Positions 29,682-40,882 of a stretch of DNA of 64,000 nt are shown piece after piece. The DNA is taken from NCBI GenBank assembly GCA_016870095.1, contig VGCI01000001.1, positions 266,922 to 330,921 of the forward strand, given 5' to 3'. Under the pieces are notes generated by a model. That model saw only the letters and a program-made list of their open reading frames with translations, had not been told where the DNA came from and ran no database searches. Origin of the DNA: Alphaproteobacteria bacterium. Its GTDB lineage: Bacteria; Pseudomonadota; Alphaproteobacteria; Paracaedibacterales; VGCI01. A program made the position numbers and the translations under genes. The first letter of the stretch is position 1. Every line of letters starts with the position of its first letter.

Positions 29682-30782
29682 TTAACCATCTTCAAGGTGT
29701 AAAAGGAAAGAAAGACTCAATAAAGCCATAATCAGTGTAGGAGCCCAAGCCGCTAAAAGTATTGGAATTTGGCCGCCGACACCTAAAGCATAGACAATAT
29801 CGTTGAGAAAGTAGAGTACAAAACCACTGCCAATACCAAAGGTAATGTACATGAAAGTGCCTCTTTGCCGGATGGGGCGAATGCCAAAGGTTGCTGCAAG
29901 TAAAATCATTGACAACATCATACCTAATTTTGCAATTTGACCATGCCAATAAACACGATAAGTAACGCTAGAGAGACCCGATCTATCAAGAATATCTATA
30001 AATTTTGGTAAAGACCAAAATGAGATTGTTTCGGGGTCGGTATTGTTATCTTGAATTTTTTCAATTGTTAAAGATGTAGGAATTTTCATTGTGAGATTCT
30101 TTGTGGAAGTCCCTTCTTGACCTTCCCACACTGTTGTATTATTTAGCTCCCAATAACCGCGATGTAATATCGCTGAATCCGCATCAATACGTGCTTTATA
30201 AGAGCCGTCGGGCAGAAAATTATGGAAAGTAACTTTCCTAAAGGTTTTTGTTTGGGGTTGGACGTAAGTGGTGTGAATGATACTCTGTCTGTCTGGGGTA
30301 ATTTCTCGCAACCACAACCCTTCTTCTGAAATAGAAATACGACCACTTGTTCCAGCAAAATAAAGAGCATCAAGATTCATGTAGCGTTTACTCATCGCGG
30401 CACTAAAAGGGTTTAGTATGATGAGTTGTAACAAACCAAATGTAAGCATACAGGCCATAAGACCCTTTAAAAGTTGCCAAATGGATAGACCAGCGGTACG
30501 AGCTGCGACAATTTCTTGGGTATGATTGAGTCGATAAAAAGTGATCATTGTTGCAGAAAGAACAATAAAGGGCATTAAAGTTTGGAAATGGTTGGGGAGT
30601 TTTAAAATAATCATTTCTAGAATAATGGACAACTGGATGTAAGGTTTACCCATGGAGCGTCGAACAAGCTCCGTACCCTCAAACAGAGATATAATGGTTC
30701 CTATTATGGCCGTACATGTTCCAAACCAGAGAAAAAAAACGCGGCAAAAATAGGTATTAAGTGTTGAAAAAAGATAGCTCAT
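29682..30782 (-). CDS. lptG: LPS export ABC permease LptG
   Basis: YjgP/YjgQ-type topology (3 TM, large periplasmic loop, 3 TM). Start trimmed to the ATG at 30782, which forms an ATGA overlap with the lptF stop. Confidence 0.88.
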   Translation of the reverse strand: MSYLFSTLNTYFCRVFFLWFGTCTAIIGTIISLFEGTELVRRSMGKPYIQLSIILEMIILKLPNHFQTLMPFIVLSATMITFYRLNHTQEIVAARTAGLSIWQLLKGLMACMLTFGLLQLIILNPFSAAMSKRYMNLDALYFAGTSGRISISEEGLWLREITPDRQSIIHTTYVQPQTKTFRKVTFHNFLPDGSYKARIDADSAILHRGYWELNNTTVWEGQEGTSTKNLTMKIPTSLTIEKIQDNNTDPETISFWSLPKFIDILDRSGLSSVTYRVYWHGQIAKLGMMLSMILLAATFGIRPIRQRGTFMYITFGIGSGFVLYFLNDIVYALGVGGQIPILLAAWAPTLIMALLSLSFLLHLEDG

Positions 30783-31969
30783 TCGGCAGCCTCTTTGCTC
30801 ACAGGGATGGGGAAACCTTTTCTGAAAACAAATCCATTCCACCATATTTTAAATGTCTGTTTTTCTAGAATAATTAGGGAAGTGATCCCAATTAAAATTA
30901 CGCTGAAATAGGCTAGAGGAATCGTTAAAGGCCAACGACCATTCATATTGATGAGCGCAATCAAACCAATGTTAATACAAATGGCTATCCCGATAGCGAA
31001 TCCAATGCGTTTCTGACGACCCCGACGGTTTAGTTCTTGAGACAAGAGAGCACTTGAGCCGACAAGAGAAAACAACAAAACTAATAAGGGGGGCAGAAGG
31101 CGCTGGTGACCTTCAGCGTATAGTTGTGCCCTTATTGCTGGGGAAAGAGTTGCTTTATCTGGCGGGTCTAAAAGATGACTAAGAGAGCGTTCATAGGGCT
31201 TGATGATACGTTCTTGGAGGTTAGATGCAAGCTGATCTAAATCATAGTTTAAGGTCTTAAAATGAAAAAAACTAACTTTTCCTGTGCTCTCATCTTTTTC
31301 TTGACGTGTCCCATTCAGTAACATGAGCAGTGACTTTTTCCCATCTTTTTCGATAATGGCTCCATGTTTGGAAATGATCGTAAATGGATTTTTCTTGGCT
31401 CGAGAAGAGGAAGAATTTTGGCCAATACTATGAATAAATACGCCGCCTAAGTCACCATTTACGGAGCGCGTTTTTGCATAAACTGTTACACCTCTTAAAG
31501 TGTTAAACATTCCATCTTGAACGAAACTTGAGGAGAATTCATTGCGCAACTTATGTTCCATGTCTCTTAGATTACGAAAAGATATGGGCACAAAGTAGAT
31601 ATTTATAAATCCAACAGAAATTGCGGTGAAAAATGCTAAAATGAGAGCAGGGCGCGCCAACCGCCAATTACTTAGCCCACAACTCCGAAAAATGCTAAGT
31701 TCATGGTCTGTAATAAGCTTATTGTAAGTAAATAAAACGCTGATGAGGATACAAATGGGGAGTACGATGGCAATCAAGTCTGGGATGAGAAAACCAACAA
31801 GAGTAAAATAACCTCCAATTGAGACATTTTGATTGACAATTATGTCCACAAATCGTAACGACTGAGTGAGCCATACACCTGTTGTTAATACCGTCGTGAG
31901 AAAAGCTAAGCTCGTCAATAAATATTTAAATATATGGCGCGTAACCAAACTCATAAAGAAGCGCTCCAA
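30779..31969 (-). CDS. lptF: LPS export ABC permease LptF
   Basis: YjgP/YjgQ family topology, N-terminus ...RHIFKYLLTSLAF, 391-396 aa depending on start (31969 or 31954). Confidence 0.88.
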   Translation of the reverse strand: MERFFMSLVTRHIFKYLLTSLAFLTTVLTTGVWLTQSLRFVDIIVNQNVSIGGYFTLVGFLIPDLIAIVLPICILISVLFTYNKLITDHELSIFRSCGLSNWRLARPALILAFFTAISVGFINIYFVPISFRNLRDMEHKLRNEFSSSFVQDGMFNTLRGVTVYAKTRSVNGDLGGVFIHSIGQNSSSSRAKKNPFTIISKHGAIIEKDGKKSLLMLLNGTRQEKDESTGKVSFFHFKTLNYDLDQLASNLQERIIKPYERSLSHLLDPPDKATLSPAIRAQLYAEGHQRLLPPLLVLLFSLVGSSALLSQELNRRGRQKRIGFAIGIAICINIGLIALINMNGRWPLTIPLAYFSVILIGITSLIILEKQTFKIWWNGFVFRKGFPIPVSKEAAE

Positions 31970-32294
31970 ACAAAAACCATCATTTTTTTCTGTTTAAAGT
32001 TAATTAGTTTGAGGTAAGTTAAACTTCTTGAGAAGGGGGGTGGCATATATTTCGTCACTGAATCAGCACTCTTTATCAAACCTAGATGCCTTAAATCTAA
32101 GAAGTTTTTGCCAAAAATGCTTTCAAAATAAGCATTTTATTAATATATTCCTAGCATCTGAACATTGAATAACTTATATATTATTCAACTGGCTAAAAAA
32201 CATGAATAGATCTTTTACCAGGTTTACTATAAAACAATGAACAAAGGCAATGGCCTAAGATTTTAAAAGTGTGTCAATTAGAGGATAAGAGAGA

Positions 32295-33248
32295 ATGAAG
32301 TTATTAGGCTTATTAATCTTAACGGGCTTCAGCTTGTTACCAAGCTTTGCTATTGGTCTAAAAGAAAAAACATCAAGCATTATTGTGATTGTAAATAAGG
32401 ATGCAATTACCGCTTCCGACGTAGACGAGAGATTACGTTTGACCAATTTGAGCGCCGCGCAACCGGTTACGAGTACCATTCCTGCCCCTGTTCGCAAACA
32501 AATTATTCAAGGGATGGTTGATGAACTTCTCCAACTTCAAGCCGCTAAATCAAAAAATATTAAGGTGGAGGATGCGGAAGTTGAAAAAGCCCTGGAGAAT
32601 TTAGCCAAGGATAATAATATGTCGTTAGATGCCATGGTCAAAATGCTTAAAACAAATGGCATCTCTAAGCAAACAATGTTAACAAGACTTCGTGCACAGA
32701 TGGCCTGGGGTCGTTATATTCGCGAAGTGTATGGTCCATTGGTTCATATAGCCGATAAGGAAGTCGACAAGTTCCTCTCCCAATCCAAGGATGTAAAAAT
32801 TGAGGAACAACCTGTGGAGCACATGAATATTACTTTATGTCAGGTGGTTTTTGATCTTAAGCCAGATTCTCCAGAGGAAATGATGATACTTCTGGGGCCA
32901 AAGATCGAGGAAACTCAAAAAGCAAAAGGATGTAGTTCTTTCGTAAAAGCCGCTCAAGGTTTTGGGGCAAAAATTGAAGAAAATCGTACGGTTAAGTTGG
33001 GACAATTGCCAACTGCCTTGAAGTCTTTAGTCCATAAGACAAAGGCAGGACAATGTATGGAGCCTACCATGACACCTAATGGGCTTGTTTTGACAATGGT
33101 TTGCTCAAAAACGATGCCAAAAGTAGCGCCACCCCCCGCCCAAACTCGAGACACAGCATCAGTTGCAATCGAGCAAGAAAAGTTAGGTAAGCGTGCAGCA
33201 CAAGAAATGGCCAAATTGAAGTCGGCAGCTTTTGTTGAGTGGAAATAA
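32295..33248 (+). CDS. surA: SurA-like periplasmic chaperone (short alphaproteobacterial form)
   Basis: Signal peptide followed by a SurA N-terminal-type region (IIVIVNKDAITASDVDERLRL...). 317 aa. Located upstream of and overlapping rsmA, as in lptD-surA-(pdxA)-rsmA neighbourhoods. Confidence 0.75.
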   Translation: MKLLGLLILTGFSLLPSFAIGLKEKTSSIIVIVNKDAITASDVDERLRLTNLSAAQPVTSTIPAPVRKQIIQGMVDELLQLQAAKSKNIKVEDAEVEKALENLAKDNNMSLDAMVKMLKTNGISKQTMLTRLRAQMAWGRYIREVYGPLVHIADKEVDKFLSQSKDVKIEEQPVEHMNITLCQVVFDLKPDSPEEMMILLGPKIEETQKAKGCSSFVKAAQGFGAKIEENRTVKLGQLPTALKSLVHKTKAGQCMEPTMTPNGLVLTMVCSKTMPKVAPPPAQTRDTASVAIEQEKLGKRAAQEMAKLKSAAFVEWK

Positions 33249-34104
33249 TTTCTCTCTGCCTTCTTTACGAGAAGTTATCGAGAGTCATGGCTTATTAGCT
33301 AAAAAAAGTCTTGGCCAAAATTTCCTTCTCAATATGGATGTGACACGCCGCATTGTTAAAGCGGCTGGAAATCTCGAAGATCTCACCGTTCTTGAAATTG
33401 GTCCCGGTCCTGGGGGATTGACACGGGCTTTACTTGAAGCAAAAGCTCAAGTTGTTGCCATTGAGAGAGATCATCGATGTGTTGAAATTTTGAGGGATCT
33501 TCAGCTCGCGTATTTAAGGGGGTCTGGTGAATCTGCCCAAAAAATGCTGAGCCTAATTGAGGGCGATGCCCTTAAAATATCTCCCCAATCCATTATTCCT
33601 GTCGGAGCCATCAAAATTGTTGCGAATTTACCCTACAACATAGGAACTCCTCTTTTAATTCAGTGGCTTTCTAATCTTGATCGCATTGTATCTTTGACAT
33701 TGATGTTTCAAAAAGAGGTTGCTTTAAGATTGATTGCGAAACCGCGAACAAAATCTTATGGTCGATTGTCAATTTTAATTCAGTGGCTATGTGAAGCTCA
33801 GCGTTTATTTGACTTGTCTCCAAAAGCTTTCATGCCAGCACCAAAAGTTACATCGAGTGTTGTTCATTTGGTTCCCAGACCCCTAACTCCCCAAAATAAA
33901 CTTCTTTTTCCTTTTATGGAACGGGTTACTCACCAGGCCTTCGGACAACGGCGAAAAATGATTCGCTCAAGTTTGAAGATGTTATTTTTGGAAAGCCAGT
34001 TGATAGAATTAGGGCTGGATCCTTGTGTTCGAGCGGAAGAGTTAACCGTAGCTGATTTTGTTCTCTTGGCGAAAAGCTTATCTATGACCACCCCGCCAAC
34101 TTAA
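33232..34104 (+). CDS. rsmA: 16S rRNA (adenine1518/1519-N6)-dimethyltransferase
   Basis: KSLGQNFL, SAM motif EIGPGPGGLT and NLPYNI. TTG start is required because there is no usable in-frame ATG. It overlaps the surA 3' end by 17 nt. Confidence 0.93.
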   Translation: MLSGNNFSLPSLREVIESHGLLAKKSLGQNFLLNMDVTRRIVKAAGNLEDLTVLEIGPGPGGLTRALLEAKAQVVAIERDHRCVEILRDLQLAYLRGSGESAQKMLSLIEGDALKISPQSIIPVGAIKIVANLPYNIGTPLLIQWLSNLDRIVSLTLMFQKEVALRLIAKPRTKSYGRLSILIQWLCEAQRLFDLSPKAFMPAPKVTSSVVHLVPRPLTPQNKLLFPFMERVTHQAFGQRRKMIRSSLKMLFLESQLIELGLDPCVRAEELTVADFVLLAKSLSMTTPPT

Positions 34105-34216
34105 TATTTTTGCTTCCTATGCAATAAAAATTCATAGAAAACCATAAAACCAGTTGGGAGAAGCCTTAAATCTTGCTAGAGTTTTTAATTAAGTTGTCTT
34201 GTTTGGAGAAAATAGA

Positions 34217-37200
34217 ATGAAACCAAAGCTTAAGAGCACAAAATCTCTTAAAGAGGAGGATACTCTTTACTCTGATTCACCCCCTAGTTCTTACCCTTTT
34301 GCACGGCCTTCTCGCTTTAATCATTTTTATCGTCTTGAAGAATCAGAAGTCGTTGCTTACCTTTTAAATCAAATTCAGCAAACTCCAGAACAATCTTTGC
34401 AGATTAAGCAGGAAGCGTACAGATTGGTCGAAGGCGTTCGAGCAAGTAAAGTGTCAAGTTTTAGTATTGAGAATTTTCTTCAAACCTATGCGTTAAATAG
34501 TCAAGAGGGTCTTGTGTTAATGTGTTTGGCAGAAGCCTTGTTGCGCGTACCAGATACGGCAACAAAGACTCGCCTGATTCGAGATAAGATTGGATCTATA
34601 GATTGGATGAATCATACCTCTCAAAGCGGCAAACAGAAAACAACACTATTTGCAAAACTCACCAACTTTGGTCTGGCGACGGCCGAACAACTAATGAATT
34701 GGGGATTAGAAAAAAAGGGTTTTATGGACGCTATCGGTAACTTGACTCGACGATTAAGTGAGCCTGTCATCCGCAAGAGCATTGCCCAAGCCATGAAAAT
34801 TCTTGGTTATCAGTTTGTTATGGGAGAAACCATTACGGATGCCTTGAAGCGCTCAAAGTCTTCTGATAATAAAGCATATCTTTATTCCTATGACATGTTA
34901 GGTGAAGCGGCTTGTACAAAAGAAGATGCACAGCGCTATTATCAATCTTATGCTCAAGCTATTGAAAAAATTGGCCAAACAAAAGCAGAAGGTTCTATTT
35001 TTTCTCAACCGAGTATTTCTATTAAGCTTTCAGCTCTTCATCCAAGATATGATCTGACTCAAATTAGGCGTATTCGCGAAGAACTATTTCCTCAAGTTTT
35101 ATGTCTTGCAAAACTCGCTAAAGAGAAGGGGATAGGCCTCACAATTGATGCAGAAGAATCTGAAAGATTAGATTTATCTCTAGAAGTTATTGAGTATATG
35201 TCTGGCCATGAGGATTTAAGGGGGTGGAATGGATTAGGAATAGCGGTACAAGCCTATCAAAAGCGTTCTCCTCTGCTGATTGATTATCTTATTGAAATGG
35301 CCAAAAAAGACCAACGACGTTTATGTGTTCGCTTGGTAAAGGGAGCCTATTGGGATGCTGAAATTAAGCGAGCGCAAGAAAAAGGGTTGAAAGGCTATTC
35401 TGTTTTTACCCGAAAAGTTTTTACAGATGTTTCCTACCAGGTATGTGCTCAAAAAATGCTGGCAGCACCCGATGCTATTTATCCGCAGTTTGCAACTCAT
35501 AATGCACGTACGGTTGCGACGATTTTAGAGCTGGCTAAACCTACCCATGAATTTGAACTCCAACGCCTTCATGGAATGGGTGAGTCGCTTTTCAGCCAAA
35601 TTATGAAACGAATGTCACCTGCCATTCCTTGTCGTATCTATGCACCTGTTGGGGAATATCAAGATTTATTGGCATATCTTGTACGGCGGTTGCTTGAAAA
35701 TGGGGCAAATACATCTTTTGTCCATAAGATTTATAGTCCATCTGTACCCATTGAGACTTTGGTTGCTGATCCTGTAGAAGAAACGCGGAGTCTTAATATT
35801 ATTCCACACCCACAGATTCCACTTCCCTTAGATTTGTTGCAACCTCAACGGCAGAATGCGCTGGGTATTGATTTTTATGACCTAGCAGATATTCAAGATT
35901 TTTATGCTAAAAATGAAGCTCACTTAGCGAGTATCCCTCAAGGGATTCTTTGGAATTCTTCCCCGCTTGTGGGGTCAAAGAAGATTGAACCAGGTAAGAC
36001 TACTCAGAGACAAAATCCAGCGATAAATTCTCAAATTTTGGGCCGAGCGGGTGAGGCAACAGTTGAGTTGGCCAATCAAGCCATGACGATTGCTAATGAT
36101 GCTTTTGAGAATTGGAGTACAACGACTGCAGAATTTCGGGCAGAAGCGTTAGATCGCTTAGGAGATCTTTTTGAAAGTCACCGAGAAGCATTGATGTCGT
36201 TATTGATATATGAGGGTGGAAAAACAGTTCCTGACGCTTTATCAGAAGTTCGGGAAGCCGCTGATTTTTGTCGATACTATGCGAGTGAAGCGCGACGATT
36301 AATGAAATCTCCTTTTCCCCTTCCAGGTCCGACTGGGGAAACCAATGAATTAACTCTTCATGGGCGGGGAGTATTTGTATGCATTAGTCCCTGGAATTTC
36401 CCCTTGGCAATTTTTATAGGGCAAGTTGCGGCTGCATTGGCTGCAGGAAATTGTGTAATTGCCAAACCTGCCCATCAAACACCTCTAGTTGCTTGCCAGG
36501 CTATTAAATTAGCTTATCAAGCGGGAATACCAAAGGAGGTTTTGCATTTTCTACCAGGTTCGGGAAGCCTTTTAGGCGCAGAACTTATTGCAGATTTACG
36601 TACAGCTGGTGTTGCGTTTACTGGCTCAACAGCTGTGGCTCAGGCAATTGCAAAAACACTTCTTGGCCGCCGCAATGCGCCTATTGTTCCCTTAATTGCT
36701 GAAACAGGGGGGATGAATGCAATGATTGTTGATTCCTCCGCTTTACTAGAACAAGTGGTTCAAGATGTTATCATTTCCTCATTTCAAAGTGCAGGCCAGC
36801 GTTGTTCCGCTTTACGCTTGGTTTATATTCAAGAAGAAATTGGGGATGCATTTTTAAAAATGCTTAAAGGTGCCATGGCAGAACTTTCTGTTGGAGATCC
36901 AAGTCTATTGTCCACAGATGTGGGCCCTGTCATTGATCATGAAGCCCGTAAAGCTTTGCAAGCCTATGAAGTCAGTCTTCAGAATAGAGCACGGCTCGTT
37001 TATAAAGTGGAATTGGATAAGACTCATCAAGAGGGCAGCTTCTTTTCCCCTCAAGTCTGGGAGTTAACAGATGGTTCTCATATGGTTGAGGAAGTATTTG
37101 GCCCTATATTACATGTTGTGCGATTCAAGAGTACAGATTTAGATAAGGTTATTAATCAAATTAATGCAACGGGTTATGGATTAACCTTGGGCATCCACAG

Positions 37201-37441
37201 TCGTATTGATGAAACCATTCAGCTTGTTCGCAAAAAAGCGAGAGTTGGGAATCTGTATGTTAATCGTAGCATGATAGGAGCCGTGGTTGGTGTGCAGCCT
37301 TTCGGTGGAGAAGGGCTTTCGGGAACAGGCCCTAAGGCAGGGGGGCCTCATTATCTCCTCAGATTTACAGTTGAGCGGACATTTTGTCAGGACACAACAG
37401 CCTCTGGTGGGAATGCAACCTTGCTAGCGAATTTAGACTGA
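34217..37441 (+). CDS. putA: Bifunctional proline dehydrogenase / 1-pyrroline-5-carboxylate dehydrogenase
   Basis: About 1074 aa. PRODH barrel region ([18 protein letters not shown]) and ALDH domain with AETGGMNA and catalytic Cys [10 protein letters not shown]. Start trimmed to the ATG at 34217, with a ggaga RBS. Confidence 0.95.
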   Translation: MKPKLKSTKSLKEEDTLYSDSPPSSYPFARPSRFNHFYRLEESEVVAYLLNQIQQTPEQSLQIKQEAYRLVEGVRASKVSSFSIENFLQTYALNSQEGLVLMCLAEALLRVPDTATKTRLIRDKIGSIDWMNHTSQSGKQKTTLFAKLTNFGLATAEQLMNWGLEKKGFMDAIGNLTRRLSEPVIRKSIAQAMKILGYQFVMGETITDALKRSKSSDNKAYLYSYDMLGEAACTKEDAQRYYQSYAQAIEKIGQTKAEGSIFSQPSISIKLSALHPRYDLTQIRRIREELFPQVLCLAKLAKEKGIGLTIDAEESERLDLSLEVIEYMSGHEDLRGWNGLGIAVQAYQKRSPLLIDYLIEMAKKDQRRLCVRLVKGAYWDAEIKRAQEKGLKGYSVFTRKVFTDVSYQVCAQKMLAAPDAIYPQFATHNARTVATILELAKPTHEFELQRLHGMGESLFSQIMKRMSPAIPCRIYAPVGEYQDLLAYLVRRLLENGANTSFVHKIYSPSVPIETLVADPVEETRSLNIIPHPQIPLPLDLLQPQRQNALGIDFYDLADIQDFYAKNEAHLASIPQGILWNSSPLVGSKKIEPGKTTQRQNPAINSQILGRAGEATVELANQAMTIANDAFENWSTTTAEFRAEALDRLGDLFESHREALMSLLIYEGGKTVPDALSEVREAADFCRYYASEARRLMKSPFPLPGPTGETNELTLHGRGVFVCISPWNFPLAIFIGQVAAALAAGNCVIAKPAHQTPLVACQAIKLAYQAGIPKEVLHFLPGSGSLLGAELIADLRTAGVAFTGSTAVAQAIAKTLLGRRNAPIVPLIAETGGMNAMIVDSSALLEQVVQDVIISSFQSAGQRCSALRLVYIQEEIGDAFLKMLKGAMAELSVGDPSLLSTDVGPVIDHEARKALQAYEVSLQNRARLVYKVELDKTHQEGSFFSPQVWELTDGSHMVEEVFGPILHVVRFKSTDLDKVINQINATGYGLTLGIHSRIDETIQLVRKKARVGNLYVNRSMIGAVVGVQPFGGEGLSGTGPKAGGPHYLLRFTVERTFCQDTTASGGNATLLANLD

Positions 37442-37611
37442 TCTTCAAGATTATAACCCTTAAATTCAATTATAATAAAAGAAAATCCGTCTTTAAGAGT
37501 AATAGTAAACAAATCGTTAAGATATACGAAAAAAAATAAAAATATTCTATTAGTTATAATAAAAATTATTTGTTACGATCATTTTAGCAGTTCAATCATT
37601 TGGAGGTTTTG

Positions 37612-38391
37612 ATGAGAGTACTATTAATCGAAGATGATTCCGCTACAGCAAAAACATTGCAAACGATGCTTCGCTCAGAAGGATTTGTTTGTGATACAAC
37701 AGATCTAGGGGAAGATGGCCTAGAAATTGGTAAACTATATGAGTATGACCTTATTGTTCTGGACCTAATTTTACCCGACATGGACGGTTATGAAGTTTTG
37801 CGTCGCTTACGAGCAGCTCAAATTAAAACTCCTATATTAATTGTATCTGGCCTAGTTGAAATTGATGATAAAGTTCGTGGCCTTGGGTTTGGTGCGGATG
37901 ACTATTTGACAAAGCCATTTAATAAAGCAGAAGTGCTAGCCCGTATTCATGCTATTATTCGTCGCTCGCGGGGCCATTCAGAGTCTATTATTCGCACCGG
38001 TCGGTTGAGTGTGAACTTGCAACATCGCACCGCCAGCGTTGATGACAAACCTCTTCATCTGACAGGTAAGGAATATGCCATAGTTGAGTTGTTATCTTTA
38101 CGTAAAGGCACAACGCTTACAAAAGAAATGTTTTTAAATCACCTTTACGGTGGAATGGATGAACCTGAATTGAAGATTATCGATGTATTTATATGTAAAC
38201 TTCGTCGCAAGTTGGCTGAAGCCTTAAATGGGGAGGATTATATCGAAACAGTTTGGGGCCGGGGATATGTCCTTAGAGAATTGACATCCGATGAAGCCAA
38301 GCGCGTTGAAAAGAGCGCAGTAACGACCGCCGGTATTGCTCCGAACCTTCAAGAGAGAGAAGTTGTAAAAACAGTTTCGAATTTTGGCTAG
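37612..38391 (+). CDS. ctrA: Cell-cycle response regulator CtrA (OmpR family)
   Basis: Start at the ATG at 37612, with ggagg RBS at 37602-37606. Near-identical blocks to canonical CtrA: [13 protein letters not shown], phospho-Asp context [85 protein letters not shown]. Confidence 0.95.
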   Translation: MRVLLIEDDSATAKTLQTMLRSEGFVCDTTDLGEDGLEIGKLYEYDLIVLDLILPDMDGYEVLRRLRAAQIKTPILIVSGLVEIDDKVRGLGFGADDYLTKPFNKAEVLARIHAIIRRSRGHSESIIRTGRLSVNLQHRTASVDDKPLHLTGKEYAIVELLSLRKGTTLTKEMFLNHLYGGMDEPELKIIDVFICKLRRKLAEALNGEDYIETVWGRGYVLRELTSDEAKRVEKSAVTTAGIAPNLQEREVVKTVSNFG

Positions 38392-38414
38392 TTTATGGTT
38401 ATGCTCCTAAGAAA

Positions 38415-38448
38415 AGCCCCCCTTATATAAAGGGGGGCTTTTTTATTT
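38415..38448. terminator. Bidirectional rho-independent terminator between ctrA and tyrS
   Basis: 10-bp stem agcccccctt (38415-38424) / aaggggggct (38429-38438) with loop atat. A-run upstream and ttttttattt downstream. Confidence 0.85.
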
Positions 38449-38467
38449 CTAAAGGCTTTTAAGTGAG

Positions 38468-39703
38468 TTATTCATTATATTTTATCACCACATGCCTTTT
38501 TTTCCCGGCTGACAACTTTAAAATTCCGTCCTGGAAAAGCTCTGGGATAATTTTTTGAGATTCGTCTAAAATTGGCCTATCATTCAAACGAGCTCCATTA
38601 CCCTGAATAAGGCGTCGAGCTTCCCCTCTACTGGCTGCTAATCCTGACAGAGTCAAGAGATCAATGATCAGCATATTTTTGTTAACGTCTGTTGAGGAAA
38701 TCTCAAAAGTAGGGAGACTATCAAGAGAGCCAGATTGATTTTCATACAAACTGGCTGTGGTATCATGTATGTTTGTTAAACATTCATTTCCATGAGCAAG
38801 ACCAGTGGTGTGATCAGCCAAAATTTTCTTAGCATCATTAATTTCTGCCCCTTGAAGGGCTTCCAGTCGGTTAATCTCATCGAGAGGAAGTTCCGTAAAG
38901 AGTCGTAAGTAGCGACCCACATCGGCGTCTTCCGTATTCCGCCAAAATTGCCAATAATCATAGGCGGACAAGCGATCTGTGTTGAGCCAAACAGCACCAC
39001 TAGATGTCTTACCCATTTTTGCTCCACTTGAAGTTGTTATAAGGGGTGAAGTCAGTCCATAGACATGTTGACTTAAACATCGGCGTGTCAGTTCAATTCC
39101 ATTGACAATATTTCCCCATTGATCAGATCCGCCCATTTGAAGGACACAGTCATGACGACGGAACAATTCAAGAAAATCATATCCTTGTAAAATCATATAA
39201 TTAAATTCTAGAAAGCTTAAATTTTGTTCTCGTTCTAGGCGCAACTTCACACTATCAAAAGCCAGCATTCGATTTACGGAAAAGTGTCGACCATAATCCC
39301 TTAAGAACTCGATATAATTGAGCGTACTGAGCCAGGTATCGTTATTGAGCATGATGGCCTGATTCATATCAATAAATGGTTCAAAAGATTTTCGAATACC
39401 TATGGTGTTATTTTGGATGGCCGCATTGTCCAACATTTGGCGAGCTGCCTCTTTACCGGAAGGGTCGCCAACTTTACTTGTGCCTCCTCCCAGTAAGATT
39501 AAGGGGCGATGGCCGGTTTTTTGCAACCAGCGTAACATCATAATTTGCACCAAACTACCCACATGAAGACTGTCTGCTGTCATGTCAAATCCGATATATC
39601 CTGTGATACTTTTGGTTGACATAAGCGTGTCAAGGGTTTCGATGTCTGTTGCTTGATGGAAAAAACCGCGGGATTGAATAATTTGCAAAAATTCTGATTT
39701 CAT
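38468..39703 (-). CDS. tyrS: Tyrosine--tRNA ligase
   Basis: HIGH-type motif (SLHVGSL), KMSKS-type motif (KMGKTS) and a C-terminal S4-like domain. 411 aa. Confidence 0.95.
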   Translation of the reverse strand: MKSEFLQIIQSRGFFHQATDIETLDTLMSTKSITGYIGFDMTADSLHVGSLVQIMMLRWLQKTGHRPLILLGGGTSKVGDPSGKEAARQMLDNAAIQNNTIGIRKSFEPFIDMNQAIMLNNDTWLSTLNYIEFLRDYGRHFSVNRMLAFDSVKLRLEREQNLSFLEFNYMILQGYDFLELFRRHDCVLQMGGSDQWGNIVNGIELTRRCLSQHVYGLTSPLITTSSGAKMGKTSSGAVWLNTDRLSAYDYWQFWRNTEDADVGRYLRLFTELPLDEINRLEALQGAEINDAKKILADHTTGLAHGNECLTNIHDTTASLYENQSGSLDSLPTFEISSTDVNKNMLIIDLLTLSGLAASRGEARRLIQGNGARLNDRPILDESQKIIPELFQDGILKLSAGKKRHVVIKYNE

Positions 39704-39790
39704 CGTGGGTCTTTCGGGGTATACTACGAATAATTAATTCAATAAATTGACATTATACATGATGTATCACATTTAAAACGGAATGGCAAA

Positions 39791-40870
39791 ATGGAACCGA
39801 TTTGGTCCTTAGGATTAATGAGTGGTACGTCATTAGACGGCGTCGATGTTGCGTGGTTGCAGACAGATGGCACGACGATAAAAAAAATAGGCGAGGGACT
39901 TATGGTCCCCTATCCAATGCCTTTGCGAGAAAAAATTCGCTCAATTCTTGGGCAAAATGTCATGACTCTTGAGGTCAAATCTATTGAACGGGAATTGACT
40001 CTTTTTCAAGCTCAGATCGTAAAAGAGGCCCAAAAAATCCAGTCTTTTGATGTCATTGGATTTCATGGTCAGACAATATTTCATGCTCCCCCTTTTACAC
40101 GACAAATTGGTGACGGAGAACTTCTCGCAAAAGAAGTGGGAGTTGATGTTATTTATGATTTTCGTTCGCAAGATATGAAGCAAGGCGGTCAAGGAGCCCC
40201 ATTGGTTCCCATTTTTCACAGAGCCCTCATCGAAACTGAAGTTCCCATAGCTATTGTTAATGTGGGCGGTGTGGCAAATATGACATGGATGCAAAAAGAT
40301 TGGCCCTTAATCGCTTGTGATACAGGTCCAGGGGGGGCCTTGTTGGATGATTGGACATTAAAGACTATCGGACTGCCGTATGATGAAAATGGTCTATTAA
40401 GTTCCCAAGGAAAGGTAAATGAAGCTTGCGTTCAGCAGTGGCTTGCACAGGCTTATTTTGCTAAATCATATCCTAAGTCATTAGATCGAAATGATTTTAA
40501 CGGCCTTATTAAGGATATTGAAATCATGTCTCCCGCTGATGGAGCGGCAACACTCGTGGAATTAACGGCCAGAAGTATTATCCATGCATTAACTCAAATG
40601 CCTGCATTGCCCCAAAAATTGTATGTGACTGGGGGAGGGCGGCGGAATTTACATTTAATGCAGCGCTTACGAGCGCTTGCTTCTTATTCTGTTGATAGTG
40701 TGGAAGACCTAGGTTGGGATGGAGATTTATTGGAAGCCTTCGCATTTGCTTATCTGGCGGTTCGTGTAAAAGCGGGTTTGCCCACAAGTTTTCCAACCAC
40801 AACGGGTGTTAATCAGCCAGTAAGTGGGGGGAAGTTGGTAGAAGGTTGGAGAAAGCCAAGTGAGGAATAA
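39791..40870 (+). CDS. anmK: Anhydro-N-acetylmuramic acid kinase
   Basis: N-terminal GLMSGTSLDGVD motif, with GQGAPLVP and TGGGRRN motifs. 359 aa. Confidence 0.92.
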   Translation: MEPIWSLGLMSGTSLDGVDVAWLQTDGTTIKKIGEGLMVPYPMPLREKIRSILGQNVMTLEVKSIERELTLFQAQIVKEAQKIQSFDVIGFHGQTIFHAPPFTRQIGDGELLAKEVGVDVIYDFRSQDMKQGGQGAPLVPIFHRALIETEVPIAIVNVGGVANMTWMQKDWPLIACDTGPGGALLDDWTLKTIGLPYDENGLLSSQGKVNEACVQQWLAQAYFAKSYPKSLDRNDFNGLIKDIEIMSPADGAATLVELTARSIIHALTQMPALPQKLYVTGGGRRNLHLMQRLRALASYSVDSVEDLGWDGDLLEAFAFAYLAVRVKAGLPTSFPTTTGVNQPVSGGKLVEGWRKPSEE

Positions 40871-40882
40871 CCCGTATTTACT

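Noticed and set aside
37442-37611. Search for a CtrA autoregulatory box upstream of ctrA.
   Set aside because: Only isolated TTAA half-sites are present (for example ttaa-attcaat-tata), with no full TTAA-N7-TTAA.
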